From assembly GCA_038247415.1 (NCBI GenBank), contig JBBRUX010000021.1, forward strand, positions 1-64,000: a stretch of DNA of 64,000 nucleotides, given 5' to 3'. Both the position numbers and the translations under genes were made by a program. Source of the stretch: Chitinivibrionales bacterium. Its GTDB lineage: Bacteria > Fibrobacterota > Chitinivibrionia > Chitinivibrionales > WJKA01. Positions within the stretch are counted from its first letter, which is position 1, and each line of letters starts with the position of its first letter. Below are positions 45,525 through 56,451 of the stretch, piece by piece. The notes beneath the pieces were generated by a model that saw only the letters and a program-made list of their open reading frames with translations, was not told where the DNA came from and did not search any database.

Positions 45525-48500
45525 AATGTAAGTCGAACACTTCCTTTAAATGAGTGCTGTTCAGTTTTGGAACTTAAAAGTTCATCGTTATTATGTGTAA
45601 ACGAATATGAAATCGTACTAACTACATTATCAGTAAAATCGTAACTTACATGCGGTGTGAGCGAAAAGTTGTTAGTATTACGCAATTCGGCCTTGCCCCC
45701 TTCTGGAATTGAATCAGTATAATTCTCCCAGCTATGTTTGTATTCCGCCTCTGCTCCCATAACCACGCGGCCCTTGATAGAGATTGTATATTTGAGCAGT
45801 TTAATATCACGGGCAATTCCCGATTTTTCTATAGTATAAGCAGTACTCCATTTATTTCCTACTTCGGTTGCTTTAGAGCGGCGTGCAGTAGAAGCGACGA
45901 GAATATCGGAATTAGATAGATTAATATCGTATGAGAGGGAGATTGGCAATGCTTTGATTATTGACGAAACGCCAACCAGCGGAGACCAACCGTTTCTAAT
46001 CTCTTCACCATACTGGTATTCTACTTTTAATATATTGTCCCGCCTAACCGACGTTGTATTCTTTTTAGAATAACTATACGACGAGCGAAGCGTTGGAGTT
46101 TCTAAATTATCCTGTACCACCTTGAGCTGGCTTAGCATCCCACTGGATGCAGATATGCCTAATCGCGGAGACGTTATTGCGGTATCGAGTGAGCTGAGTG
46201 GATTTGCTGGAACAGTAAATGATTTTTCAAAGTCCAAACTTATTTCAGAAAATTGGATGTCAATTGGTTTTGGAAATGAGAGAGAGGCGGTAGACCATTT
46301 CCAATTTTGCGTGGTTGTACGTTTATCATTTGTTGCATTGGGCATAATCCCGCCGTTTGCAGCAAGTCGACTCTCTGTGCCGCCAAAACCGCGTGGATTA
46401 TCCATTGTGCCTTTTATTCGACTTAAAAAAGGCCTACTTCCCATAAAACCTAAACTATAGCGCATAAGGCCAAAACCACCCCAGTTTTTGTCAATCATTT
46501 CGATATCATCAACTGAATACAACCCATTGAGCAAACTTAACCTTCCTGTATAAGTCACTGATATCGACGAAAAATTAACTTGATCGAGCATTGCACCAAA
46601 TTGCTTAAATGTTGTTGTTAAGAATGCGGATCGCTGTGTTGCCAAGGTTGCATCACGAACCCAATCTCGAATATTTACATTGCCAGAAAATCCAAACGAA
46701 TTATCAAGCGCAAGCGTAAGCTTTGTTCCGGCAGCTTTGCGATCGGGAGTAGCTGTATAATTAGACGTATAATCGAAATTATTATCAAGCCATGAAATAA
46801 GTTTTGGATTAAACTTTAAGCTGGTATTTTGCGTGCGCGAATCTTCTCCCATAAAAAACCATAACGTTGACAAAGCTTCGTCCCGAGCAAAGAAAACATC
46901 TCGTGCGGATTGAGTTTGCGAAAGATACGGTGCAAGGTTTCGCGCAGAGTTTAGGGAATAATCTAGTGACAACAAAGGGGAAATAGGAGCCCAACCAAAG
47001 GTAAAACCATGCCCAGCCGAAAAACTTCTAGAATCGTCGTAAATCGGGGTACTTTCGAAATGCTTTTGGGCAACACTCCAGTTTATTGTTGCAATAGTAA
47101 GCGAAAAGCGGGAGGGCAAAAGCATTACCTCGTACCTTTTAAAATCTTCTGGAAGCCACGCGAGCGTGTCTGTATCCATAAAACCAAAAGGCCGCCATTT
47201 GGCCCACTCTGGCTGATTACGTGGTGTTAAATCGTAGGTAAGGCCACCGCCATACGAGGTGTTTCGCGTGGTATCAACATAATCTCCAAAACCGCTTGGT
47301 TTAGAACCCTGCGATGCTTTTGTTTCATTAAACTGGTAGGTTACATTTTCTATACCAACACGTTCTGTTAATAAATTAATAAAGATGTTATCTGAAGAAG
47401 ATTTGTGATAACTTGTTGAAAGTGATGTTGTAGCAGTTGACGTTTGATAATGACGAGAGCGAGACTCTGCGAGAGAACCAAATCTGTTTGGCACCACATT
47501 CTGGACCAGATCATGATACATGTCCCCTAAATTGTCTGGTTCCCCCGGAGATTTTGTGAGAGTAATATCCGTTCCTGGGCGAAGTTGCGGTCTATCGAGG
47601 GTACTGGTTACTGCAGCTGCAACGGGAATTGACACTTTCCACTCGTCGGGTAAAAACTTATCAAATTTAAGGCTCCCGTCCATTCCCACCGTAACACGAG
47701 AATTATTACGAGATCGTGCATCATCGGTCATGGTTCTAAAGTTGCCATCTCGATAATCCATAGAACCTCGCAAAGACACAAAGTCTGCCCACTGGGTAGA
47801 AATAGATGCAATTGCAGCGGTACCAGAAATCGATTTAAGTCCCGAAGCTTTTAATTCATCTACCCATATTTCTCCGGACGAAACGGCATTGCCATACCCC
47901 AAGCGAGACACTCCAACCGTCAGTTGACGAATAGACGAAAAGCTGGGAACTCCCTTATTGCGAGAATAAATGCGTAAGGTATCCCCAGGTTTAGGACTAT
48001 ATGCTTTATTGATCGATAAGAATGCAGGATATTGCTCGAAATAGCGCAGTTTTTGAGAAGCTAGCTCTGCAAGGTCAATTTCAATAGGATGGCTCCACGG
48101 GGAGTCATAGTTCCAACCTGTTCGTATAGGAGTTTTGTACTCATAATAAGTCGAATCGTTTGTTCCAAACCTTAAAACCAAATAAAGAGAATCGTTGGGA
48201 ACAAGTGTCTTTCCATGAACAAGCATGGTAATTTTATCGTAGGGAGATATATCGATATTGCCATAGGTTAGAATTTTTCTGGCTACCACGCTTTTGTTTT
48301 GTTCAACATTGGTATAGCTAATAAGCAGTGATTGTTCTTTGGTTAGAATATTATTGGCATCTCGCGTTCTAATCAGGTACGGTTCTGTAGGCGCAACATA
48401 AATGCTCTTGTCATCTTCGGTATTTACTACTGAGACATTTACAAGGTTATTTGTTCCTCTTAAATCGGGGGCACTTTTATACCCGCTATCGGCAGAAAGT

Positions 48501-51500
48501 GCTTCCCATTGACTACCAACAAATTGCATGCGTATAAGTTGGAGACTACGAATACCAGAATTCTCTAAACCAAATTTTTTCCTACTCATTCGCACAAAGC
48601 CAATACGTTCCCAAGAAGGGGTCCCATGAATCGTGTCAACTTTTGAGGTAACTTTATTGAGGGGGATTCTTATTAAATACCAGCCCTTTTCCTTTCGCGC
48701 GCGAGAAGCGGTAACAACATAGTTGGCTGTATCGAGACTATCGAGATTAATTGTCATGCGATAATAATTATCGTTAATCCGCTTGAATCCATCCCCATTA
48801 ATATCCTCGGTATTGGCATAAATAGCAGAAGCCGATGAATTTTCCGCATTTCCTTGTAAATGACAAACGTTAGCATACTCCTTATACCTGTAAGTAGATG
48901 TCAACGAGTAGGGTTTCCAATTGTCATTGCTTGGATCTGTCGGATCAGGCAACTTGGGGTCTCCATACAAAAGAGTATCATACCTTTTGCTCGGATCAGC
49001 TCCCGGGATTAAAAACGTTTCCTTTTTATCATCGAGGATATTATCGAGCCCGGTATTAAGGTCTGCTGTCATGATCCCATTTTGTGCAGTATCTTCTGTA
49101 TTGAATCTAACATTAGGCGCTGCTCCGGCAATGCAGATATCTTCGCTCACCATTCCCAAATCTACAAGAAGTTTTCCACGCGTACTTTCGTTTGGGTCAA
49201 CTTTCATATAAAATTCGAAAAATTTATCCTGGGTGCGATTTTCCGCCGATTTCGGAAGCCAGGTCATAATTGACGACCAAGAATTGTCATACCGGCTTTT
49301 AAATTCATTATCAGGTGCAGGCTGAGTCTCCCAAAAAAGGGCCGACTCATATAAATTTGAAGCACTACTCCCAATCTTGTAAAGATTAGAAACCTCCTCT
49401 TTTGTTAAGCTATCCACATCTTCTTTACGCACTCTATGACTCTCATCGGTTCCATCGCCAGGTGCTTCGAACCAATATGTTTTCCAAGCAGGAGGATGAT
49501 AATACAAGCTGTCCAATGGAACGGGGGGGCTCCCCATATACCACATTGTAGTAGTAGTAGGTAAGGTATACACAATCTTAGCAGATTCAAAATCATCGAT
49601 ATATGCTTCGCCATTCTTATTAGTTACCGCTTGAATGGGCGAGGTAATACTGTGAGCTGCTTCTATATCTATTTTTACCGAAGACGGTGATTCCGAATGA
49701 ACAAGAGGGATTGCATTAACCGCCTTGGTCATCCATTCTGGCTCATAATCAATACTTGTATTTATGTCAAGTAGTAGCTTATTATACGGCTCCTGACCAA
49801 CACGGGGAATTTTTTCTCCTGTAAGCGATGCATTTTGAAACAGGATTGATGCGCCTACCAAAGAATTTTTTCCTATGGTTGGTAGCTTAAGCTCGGCCCT
49901 TGATCCAATAAAAGTTTTATTATCGGGAACACCCGTTTCGCGCTGATAGGTGGTCACTATTTTTGGTGACGCTTTTGCCTGATTCGACAACAACTCTATA
50001 AATCCCGTTTCGGGAGTTATTCTATAGTCAACATCACGCACCAGATCAATGTTACCCGGAGATGTCCTTACCTTATCTGATCCTGAAATAATGGGAGAAC
50101 TTAAATTAAAGCTCGTTTTATTTGCTGCAGTAGAAAGCCCCTTCAAATGAAAAGAAAAGCGCTGTTCAAGGTTTGCAAAATCGGTAGATGATTTTTTTAA
50201 GGCGTAAATGGCGGGCGCTTGGGACCCTGCATCAAGCTCGGGATTTACAAAAGGCTGTGCACCATTCGTTCCATCAGAAAATGGAGGGATAATAAAATAA
50301 CCCGAATCGGGCCTACAAACAAAACCACCTATGGGTTGATTTTTGCTATCGGTAAGGCCCAAAAGCTGAGCAATATCTTTTCCCTTTTCGGTAGTCCTGC
50401 GCCCATCAAGCTGTCCGGGCAAAGGCAATTGATACACCTCTAGCGAAAAGCTCCCGGAATAACTCTGCATTTGATATACGTTTTTCCACATTAGTTTATA
50501 GCCAGGCGCGGTTGTATCATTATTAGGCTTGGTAATAAACCATAGTCCTGTGGTTGTGTCACCTTGTGTAAGAACGACGGCTTTAGTAGCGGCTTCTGTA
50601 ATAGTAAACGTGAGTCCAACCTCATCTTGTTCAGTAATATTAGTTTTAAAGCTAATATAGCCTCGTTGACGATCAAGACTATAATCGGCATCGGGAACCA
50701 ATTTGCGGTATTTAGTCCCATTTATTGTTTTGCGTACAATATCTGCTGTCTGCACAGTACCATTATCAATAATCCAGGCACTAAAACTGGTTATTTGTTT
50801 ACTTGCAGGTACTGGAATATTTCCCGCGCGATACACCTGATAATTTTTAAGGTAATAATTTTGATACATAGTATCTAAAAAGTAAAATTTATACGGCCAA
50901 TACGATTTTTCTGATGTGCTTGTATCAACGTTAGACGATGCCGATTGCGCAAGTGAAACAGAATCGGCTGCGGATTGTGCTTGCATATGACTAATAATAG
51001 TATTTACCGTAACTGGCCCAAATTTAGATTTTACCGATAAGCCAAACAAACCTTGTTGACTTTCGCTATATCCCGATAATTTTGTTGACGGAAGCTCAAA
51101 ACGAGTATACCCCGCAGTCACTTCCTGAATGATATCGTCTTCGAGTTCGTTTCCCTCTCCTTTGTATTCGAGCTTAATATCTTTAAGGGGGTTTGTAAAA
51201 GCAAAATCCTCGGCGTTGCTTGTTTTAAGCGTCACGTTAATGAGGCGCCCAACACTGCCCGTTACCGAAAGTTCATATTTATTATCGAAATCAGGATTTT
51301 TATTTATCACTGGCTCCGCCTTACCAATTGTACGCTTCGAGACATCCCCACCAAAGATCACTTCTTCAAAACCATGGATTGCAAGCTTTGGCGGATCTTT
51401 CCCCAGGATTCTTTTTGCCCACGAAGGATATTGTACTGGTAATTCGAGGTCCAGTGAAAAACTACGCCCCTTATTAGCAGTACCTGCTGATTTAGGCGTT

Positions 51501-51859
51501 GCATTTTGCTGAAACCATGCTTGACTAACTGCAAAATCCCTTCTGCTTTGTATATATTCATCAAGTTCGGGATAGCGATATTGCCATATGATATTTCCCA
51601 TTTTATCTATTTTTTGAAACGTAATTTGTCGGCTTTCGAAATCGATAGTTTGCGAATCGGCAAAAATAGAAGAAGGTTTTGGTTTAAGTAGTGCGGATCG
51701 TGGATTTTTAAGCGGATTAAGCGGAGCAAGATCTTTATCGAGCGGGTAATACCCAGGAATAGCAGGATCGGACCATACAATGCCAGCGGCGTTAAGCGCA
51801 ACACAAAATGGCGCAAAAACACCCACTGCGGCTACACATACGAGTCGTAGAAAAATCAT
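45521..51859 (-). CDS. sprA: SprA/Sov-like type IX secretion outer-membrane translocon
   Basis: 2112 aa with signal peptide; QQGLFGLSVKSKFGP, YIDDFES, LLVDLGMVSED, NTEDINGDG, GWYLIRIPL, GEIWVDEL; beta-strand-rich C-terminus ending in aromatic F. Confidence 0.85.
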   Translation of the reverse strand: MIFLRLVCVAAVGVFAPFCVALNAAGIVWSDPAIPGYYPLDKDLAPLNPLKNPRSALLKPKPSSIFADSQTIDFESRQITFQKIDKMGNIIWQYRYPELDEYIQSRRDFAVSQAWFQQNATPKSAGTANKGRSFSLDLELPVQYPSWAKRILGKDPPKLAIHGFEEVIFGGDVSKRTIGKAEPVINKNPDFDNKYELSVTGSVGRLINVTLKTSNAEDFAFTNPLKDIKLEYKGEGNELEDDIIQEVTAGYTRFELPSTKLSGYSESQQGLFGLSVKSKFGPVTVNTIISHMQAQSAADSVSLAQSASSNVDTSTSEKSYWPYKFYFLDTMYQNYYLKNYQVYRAGNIPVPASKQITSFSAWIIDNGTVQTADIVRKTINGTKYRKLVPDADYSLDRQRGYISFKTNITEQDEVGLTFTITEAATKAVVLTQGDTTTGLWFITKPNNDTTAPGYKLMWKNVYQMQSYSGSFSLEVYQLPLPGQLDGRRTTEKGKDIAQLLGLTDSKNQPIGGFVCRPDSGYFIIPPFSDGTNGAQPFVNPELDAGSQAPAIYALKKSSTDFANLEQRFSFHLKGLSTAANKTSFNLSSPIISGSDKVRTSPGNIDLVRDVDYRITPETGFIELLSNQAKASPKIVTTYQRETGVPDNKTFIGSRAELKLPTIGKNSLVGASILFQNASLTGEKIPRVGQEPYNKLLLDINTSIDYEPEWMTKAVNAIPLVHSESPSSVKIDIEAAHSITSPIQAVTNKNGEAYIDDFESAKIVYTLPTTTTMWYMGSPPVPLDSLYYHPPAWKTYWFEAPGDGTDESHRVRKEDVDSLTKEEVSNLYKIGSSASNLYESALFWETQPAPDNEFKSRYDNSWSSIMTWLPKSAENRTQDKFFEFYMKVDPNESTRGKLLVDLGMVSEDICIAGAAPNVRFNTEDTAQNGIMTADLNTGLDNILDDKKETFLIPGADPSKRYDTLLYGDPKLPDPTDPSNDNWKPYSLTSTYRYKEYANVCHLQGNAENSSASAIYANTEDINGDGFKRINDNYYRMTINLDSLDTANYVVTASRARKEKGWYLIRIPLNKVTSKVDTIHGTPSWERIGFVRMSRKKFGLENSGIRSLQLIRMQFVGSQWEALSADSGYKSAPDLRGTNNLVNVSVVNTEDDKSIYVAPTEPYLIRTRDANNILTKEQSLLISYTNVEQNKSVVARKILTYGNIDISPYDKITMLVHGKTLVPNDSLYLVLRFGTNDSTYYEYKTPIRTGWNYDSPWSHPIEIDLAELASQKLRYFEQYPAFLSINKAYSPKPGDTLRIYSRNKGVPSFSSIRQLTVGVSRLGYGNAVSSGEIWVDELKASGLKSISGTAAIASISTQWADFVSLRGSMDYRDGNFRTMTDDARSRNNSRVTVGMDGSLKFDKFLPDEWKVSIPVAAAVTSTLDRPQLRPGTDITLTKSPGEPDNLGDMYHDLVQNVVPNRFGSLAESRSRHYQTSTATTSLSTSYHKSSSDNIFINLLTERVGIENVTYQFNETKASQGSKPSGFGDYVDTTRNTSYGGGLTYDLTPRNQPEWAKWRPFGFMDTDTLAWLPEDFKRYEVMLLPSRFSLTIATINWSVAQKHFESTPIYDDSRSFSAGHGFTFGWAPISPLLSLDYSLNSARNLAPYLSQTQSARDVFFARDEALSTLWFFMGEDSRTQNTSLKFNPKLISWLDNNFDYTSNYTATPDRKAAGTKLTLALDNSFGFSGNVNIRDWVRDATLATQRSAFLTTTFKQFGAMLDQVNFSSISVTYTGRLSLLNGLYSVDDIEMIDKNWGGFGLMRYSLGFMGSRPFLSRIKGTMDNPRGFGGTESRLAANGGIMPNATNDKRTTTQNWKWSTASLSFPKPIDIQFSEISLDFEKSFTVPANPLSSLDTAITSPRLGISASSGMLSQLKVVQDNLETPTLRSSYSYSKKNTTSVRRDNILKVEYQYGEEIRNGWSPLVGVSSIIKALPISLSYDINLSNSDILVASTARRSKATEVGNKWSTAYTIEKSGIARDIKLLKYTISIKGRVVMGAEAEYKHSWENYTDSIPEGGKAELRNTNNFSLTPHVSYDFTDNVVSTISYSFTHNNDELLSSKTEQHSFKGSVRLTF

Positions 51860-51886
51860 GCTACTTCGCTTGTCTAGTAAGAATTA

Positions 51887-53023
51887 TCATTTATGAGCGG
51901 CTGCCTGTGCGCAGCACCGAAAACCAACTGGATTATGACGGTTTTCGGGAAAATAGCTATATCGATTTGAAGTGCACGCAGATTCTATGCCACTAGACCA
52001 ATATCCGCCCATCACCATAAAATACCTCTTGTTTTTAATGGATGGTGATGATGTCCATTCTGAGAGATTGCCCGACATATCGTATACATCAAAGTAACCC
52101 CTGCATTCTGATCTACTCCCCGATTTCTTGCTTGTCGTATCGTCGGTAACGCATGCTCTGGGCTCGTATTTTTCGCCATACGAATAGGTGTAGGAATAAG
52201 GGCCGCTACATGCCAGCGTCCACTCTTCTGCAGTGCATAAACGCTTTTTTGCAAGCAGACATGAGTCTGCAGCAGCATATTGAGAAACGTATGCTGAAGG
52301 CAGATTGCCCTTCCTATTGGGCCACTCAAATCGATCGATACAAAATCGAGTGGTTCCTACCGAAATAAGAGCCATATCTTTGCTACAACTACCACTTGTA
52401 TCGGGTGGAAGAATTTCATAAACTGCCTTCTTTGACTCCATGCTATTTCCACACGAATCGATTGCCCGATAATACACAGCGGTTGTTTGCGCAATAGTCA
52501 ATATTTCTCCAGAATACGCATGATAGCTAGAATTATTTCCTATACTCACCTCAATTGCGCAAACCTTATTGCTTATAAGCTTACAATGTACAATCTCATG
52601 ATGCAACCCACCTGCTGGATCGGGATACACATATGGTGCTATTGTATCATTGTGGCACCGAATCGTCGCAGATTCGGTAGTATCTTGGGAGGGCGCTGCT
52701 ACAGAATCGATCATCGTCGTATCGATGATGGGCGCTGGATTTTTAACCTTTCGGACATGCTGCAAAGTAGGCATTGCTGCTCTTAACGAATCGCTCTTAG
52801 CAATACTACTCTGGGAAGTGTCTTGAGACGATTTTTCCGCGACCTCATACTTTGAAGCAGAATTACTCTTGTCAATGCTTGCACTCGATACCCCGGATAG
52901 GTATTGGCTTTTCTTCCAGGTATAAAATCCACCCACAAGAAGAAGCAAAAAAAGTATAATACCAATCCAGACCCATTTTTTTGAGAGTTTTTTTGGTACA
53001 TTTTGTGTCACATTTTTTTTCAT
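51887..53023 (-). CDS. Membrane-anchored FGE-sulfatase (SUMF1) domain protein
   Basis: N-terminal TM; FCIDRFEWPN, KRLCTAEEW, YDMSGNLSEW and GFRCC motifs. Confidence 0.88.
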   Translation of the reverse strand: MKKNVTQNVPKKLSKKWVWIGIILFLLLLVGGFYTWKKSQYLSGVSSASIDKSNSASKYEVAEKSSQDTSQSSIAKSDSLRAAMPTLQHVRKVKNPAPIIDTTMIDSVAAPSQDTTESATIRCHNDTIAPYVYPDPAGGLHHEIVHCKLISNKVCAIEVSIGNNSSYHAYSGEILTIAQTTAVYYRAIDSCGNSMESKKAVYEILPPDTSGSCSKDMALISVGTTRFCIDRFEWPNRKGNLPSAYVSQYAAADSCLLAKKRLCTAEEWTLACSGPYSYTYSYGEKYEPRACVTDDTTSKKSGSRSECRGYFDVYDMSGNLSEWTSSPSIKNKRYFMVMGGYWSSGIESACTSNRYSYFPENRHNPVGFRCCAQAAAHK

Positions 53024-53432
53024 AATCTAACAATAGCTGCAAAGCAGCCGCACAAGGGTGACTAGAGTTACAACTGAAAGCCGACAAGTAGAAGCGCTGG
53101 AAACGAATGGACGGGCGCATTTTTCTTTCGGGGCGGAACCTAATTGCTTTACGAAATGTTCCAAATCATTCTCTTATCTGATTCATTCGTTTTTCGCCTT
53201 ATTGTCAATGCTACTTTTTGCAGCTGAATAAGGATCGTACTCTGTTCCTCAGCGGTATCAGATCTTACTTAAAATACAAAAATGCACAGTTTCCTGCGCT
53301 ATTGATTGCCTTGAATTCGCATTCTGCCCAGCCCACAATATTTTGCATTTTCTGCGAGTTCTGGATTTTTCCATTGGGCAGGCACATTGCGGCCACCTAC
53401 CCTTATGGTACAAGAATTTTTTTTGAGCCTGA

Positions 53433-54125
53433 CTATTCTGCACACTTCGCTAAAAAAGTACGCAGTTGTGGCCAAGAAAGTGCCGAAGATGTCTTGGTGC
53501 GATCATTGATTTGCACAAAATTCATTCCAGCTGCTTTTGCTGCCTCGCCATCGGTATCAATTCTATCGCCTACAACCAATACCTGTTCGGGATCGATGTT
53601 CCATGCTTTTGCAATTTCTAAAAAAGGTCGGGGATGAGGTTTTAACGCTCCAACTTCTTCGGATGAAGCAATAGTATCAAAAAGTGAAACAGGAATAGCA
53701 AGATTTTTTAGCCGTGCTTCAATCTTTCCATAATCGGAAAGTACCCCAAGCTTAATGCCTCGCTGCCGTAGCGTGTTAAGCGTAGTGTTTAAGTGCGGGC
53801 GGGAATATCGCATACACGTCATAACACCAACAAACGCCTTGTAAAAATCGCATTGTATCCACCTGATCCACTCAGATGCAGAAAGGGAATATGTGGGTAG
53901 AGCCTCACATACGATCCCAATTTGATGATATAATGCAACTGAATTTTCCCAATCAACCCCTGCAAGAGTTTCTCGGGAACGAATGAATCGAGGGAGTCTG
54001 AAAGAATGGGGAATAAGCCAAAGAAACATGATTGGCCGCATATACCAGCGCATATGATACAATGTACCATCGAGGTCAAAAATTATTCCCTTGGGTGTCG
54101 CGGAAAGGCCGTTACCAGTATCCAT
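53433..54125 (-). CDS. HAD-family hydrolase
   Basis: FDLDGTL, VLSD, KPHP and VGDRIDTD motifs. Confidence 0.9.
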   Translation of the reverse strand: MDTGNGLSATPKGIIFDLDGTLYHMRWYMRPIMFLWLIPHSFRLPRFIRSRETLAGVDWENSVALYHQIGIVCEALPTYSLSASEWIRWIQCDFYKAFVGVMTCMRYSRPHLNTTLNTLRQRGIKLGVLSDYGKIEARLKNLAIPVSLFDTIASSEEVGALKPHPRPFLEIAKAWNIDPEQVLVVGDRIDTDGEAAKAAGMNFVQINDRTKTSSALSWPQLRTFLAKCAE

Positions 54126-54283
54126 GAAAATTTTATGCTCTCGCTGTGTAACTACCGAAGCAAAAAACCTATTTTATACAAGAGAAACATGAGAAGAGAG
54201 TTTCTTGAAAACAGGTGTTGTGCGTAACTTTCAGCTTTTGTTCGCATAAAAAATAATTTGTTGAAGCCACAAAGAGTTTAACT

Positions 54284-55480
54284 ATGGAAAAAAAAGACGA
54301 ATCCACGCTTCTTTCGCGCGAACGAGCACTGATGGCCGTTTACGCCATGGCAACAACTTACAACAGCACCCCGGAAGCCATTTTTGACCAAGTCGTGTTG
54401 AGCATCACAACCATACTCAATGTGCCATTCACGTCTTTGGGCATCTTTGAAAACAATAATTTCTCTACACTCTCCAGATTTTACAAAGGGGAAATTGGCC
54501 CGGCTTCACGACACTCCCACGCGTGCCCCTCATTCCAGAAAATGCTTACGCTCAAAGAACCCTATCAGTGGTCGAACGCCCAGATGAATAATAAAATGTG
54601 TGGTTTATGCATCGATGAATGCGGGTTTTTATCATACATTGGTGTTCCGGTACTGGGTGCCAAGGGAGATCTTCTTGGCGTTATCTGCTCTGCCGACACT
54701 AAACCCCGTTTGTTTACCGAATCGGAAATTCAGCTCATAGAGATCTTTGCCCGCTATGTATCGCACGAGATCGCCTCAAGTCGTATGACACAGCAACTTA
54801 CGCTGGCGCATAGCATGAATGTTATAGGTCGCATAGCCGCGGGCGTTGCTCATGAGGTACGCAATCCGCTCAATGCTATTCTTGCCATTTCGGAAGCACT
54901 CTTTGCAGAAATTGGCAACACGCCAAACTTTGCGCCCTATATTTCTCATATCCGTACACAGGTGGGGCGCCTCTCGTCGCTTATGCAAGATCTCCTTGAA
55001 TTGGGTCGCCCGTTGCCCTTAGATGATATGCAACGCATGGAAATAGGTGTCATTCTTAAACAAACGATTGAGGCCTGGACGCAATCACATCCAACCGATA
55101 CGCGTTTAGTCGATTTATCAATCCCGGAAGATTGTTTACATAAAGAAATTAAAGTGAGTCATCATAAAATCCAGCAGGCGTTTTTTAATCTTATTGAAAA
55201 TAGTGCCGATCATAGCCAACCCGATACCCGCATCGATATAACGTGCTCTACCGATTCGAGCACTTTTATTATTGTAAGAGTTATCGATTCTGGAAAGGGC
55301 ATTCAACCCGAATACTTAGGCAAGGTATTTGAGCCATTCTTTACAACAAGAAAAAGTGGCACGGGACTTGGGCTCGCAATAGTCAAACACATTGTTGGGC
55401 TACACGGGGGAGCAATAACCCTCTATAATAACGAAACAGGAACTGGCGCAACTGCAGAGGTTAGCCTACCACTCGCCTAA
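54284..55480 (+). CDS. GAF-domain sensor histidine kinase
   Basis: GAF SYIGVPV...GVIC; H-box AHEVRNPL; N-box NLIENS; DSGKGI, FEPFFTT and GTGLGL. Confidence 0.93.
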   Translation: MEKKDESTLLSRERALMAVYAMATTYNSTPEAIFDQVVLSITTILNVPFTSLGIFENNNFSTLSRFYKGEIGPASRHSHACPSFQKMLTLKEPYQWSNAQMNNKMCGLCIDECGFLSYIGVPVLGAKGDLLGVICSADTKPRLFTESEIQLIEIFARYVSHEIASSRMTQQLTLAHSMNVIGRIAAGVAHEVRNPLNAILAISEALFAEIGNTPNFAPYISHIRTQVGRLSSLMQDLLELGRPLPLDDMQRMEIGVILKQTIEAWTQSHPTDTRLVDLSIPEDCLHKEIKVSHHKIQQAFFNLIENSADHSQPDTRIDITCSTDSSTFIIVRVIDSGKGIQPEYLGKVFEPFFTTRKSGTGLGLAIVKHIVGLHGGAITLYNNETGTGATAEVSLPLA

Positions 55481-55881
55481 GAGGCTAGACTAGAAGCTAT
55501 AGAATAGATCCCTTGTTCAACAAGCAGGGCTCTTATTTTTTGAGGATACACAGGTTTTTCGAGGTAATAATCGGCACCCGACGCCATCACTTTCTCGTAG
55601 GTATCGGCGCCACCAAAAGCCGTCATAACAATAATAAATATCCCAGAATTTCTAGGTCGAACCGACCGAATAATTTCCAGGCCTTCCTCTTTTTCTGATC
55701 CGGCAAGTCTCACATCTGCAATAATAGCGCAATACGTATTTGACGCAAGCAACTCGTAGGCCCGTGGTGCTGTTGCTGCCGTATCAACGCTCACCCCATG
55801 CCCTTTCAAAAGTCGACTCAAGGCAAAGAGAATCGCTTCCTCATCATCAATCAGCAAAATTTTTTTGTTGTATATATCCAT
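55477..55881 (-). CDS. Single-domain response regulator
   Basis: LLIDDE, IADVRL, MTAFG and EKP receiver motifs. Confidence 0.92.
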   Translation of the reverse strand: MDIYNKKILLIDDEEAILFALSRLLKGHGVSVDTAATAPRAYELLASNTYCAIIADVRLAGSEKEEGLEIIRSVRPRNSGIFIIVMTAFGGADTYEKVMASGADYYLEKPVYPQKIRALLVEQGIYSIASSLAS

Positions 55882-55896
55882 AACTACTTTAATTCT

Positions 55897-55912
55897 AGCA
55901 ATTTGTTTGCCA
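55897..55912 (-). promoter_or_regulatory. Candidate sigma54 -24/-12 promoter TGGCAAACAAATTGCT
   Basis: Matches TGGCA-N6-TTGCW with correct spacing, immediately upstream of the response regulator. Confidence 0.55.
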
Positions 55913-56026
55913 ATATGCCAGACAATAGGCGATAAGTTACTATTTTGGATAAATTAGAGGCTCGCACTTGGCAAATGTTAATTGAGATTTAAATAGATGA
56001 GTTACAGGAAAAACTATATTAAACAA

Positions 56027-56120
56027 CCCTTCGAGAGCCTCAGGGTACGGTCCATAAGGATCAAATCAACATCTCAGAAAGGCGTACACTGATGCAATGG
56101 CCCCTGATTATGTCGAAGGG
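56027..56120. repeat. REP-like inverted pair CCCTTCGAGAGCCTCAGGG ... CCCTGATTATGTCGAAGGG
   Basis: Imperfect inverted copies at 56027-56045 and 56102-56120; same motif family at 62227-62283. Confidence 0.7.
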
Positions 56121-56451
56121 TCGAAGTGCACTCGAAAGGTACTTCTGAAAAGAGTTTCGTAAACAGCAGTCTCTCACCCGATCCTTTTATGTGGCTACAC
56201 CATACAAAATAGTTTTCATTCAAGTAAACTTTGAGAAATCTTCTCAATTTGATAGAACTCGGAGTAAATATTCCGAATTAGATAATTTTAAAATGCTTGC
56301 CGATTAAAGCGACGTTTTTTTTACCATGCATCCCGACTTGAAAACTGACGTTGTTTTATTCAAATAAATTACATAACATGCTTAAATAATTGAAGTTACG
56401 AATTTATGGCGCTACACATTCTCTGTTTGAATAGGGCTTTATTCCCAAAAT

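Noticed and set aside
53024..53430. Possible riboswitch or leader RNA upstream of the SUMF1-sprA genes, and ORFs 52872-53120 and 53218-53637
   Set aside because: No match to riboswitch consensus motifs I know, no convincing stems, and the ORFs overlap real genes without motifs.
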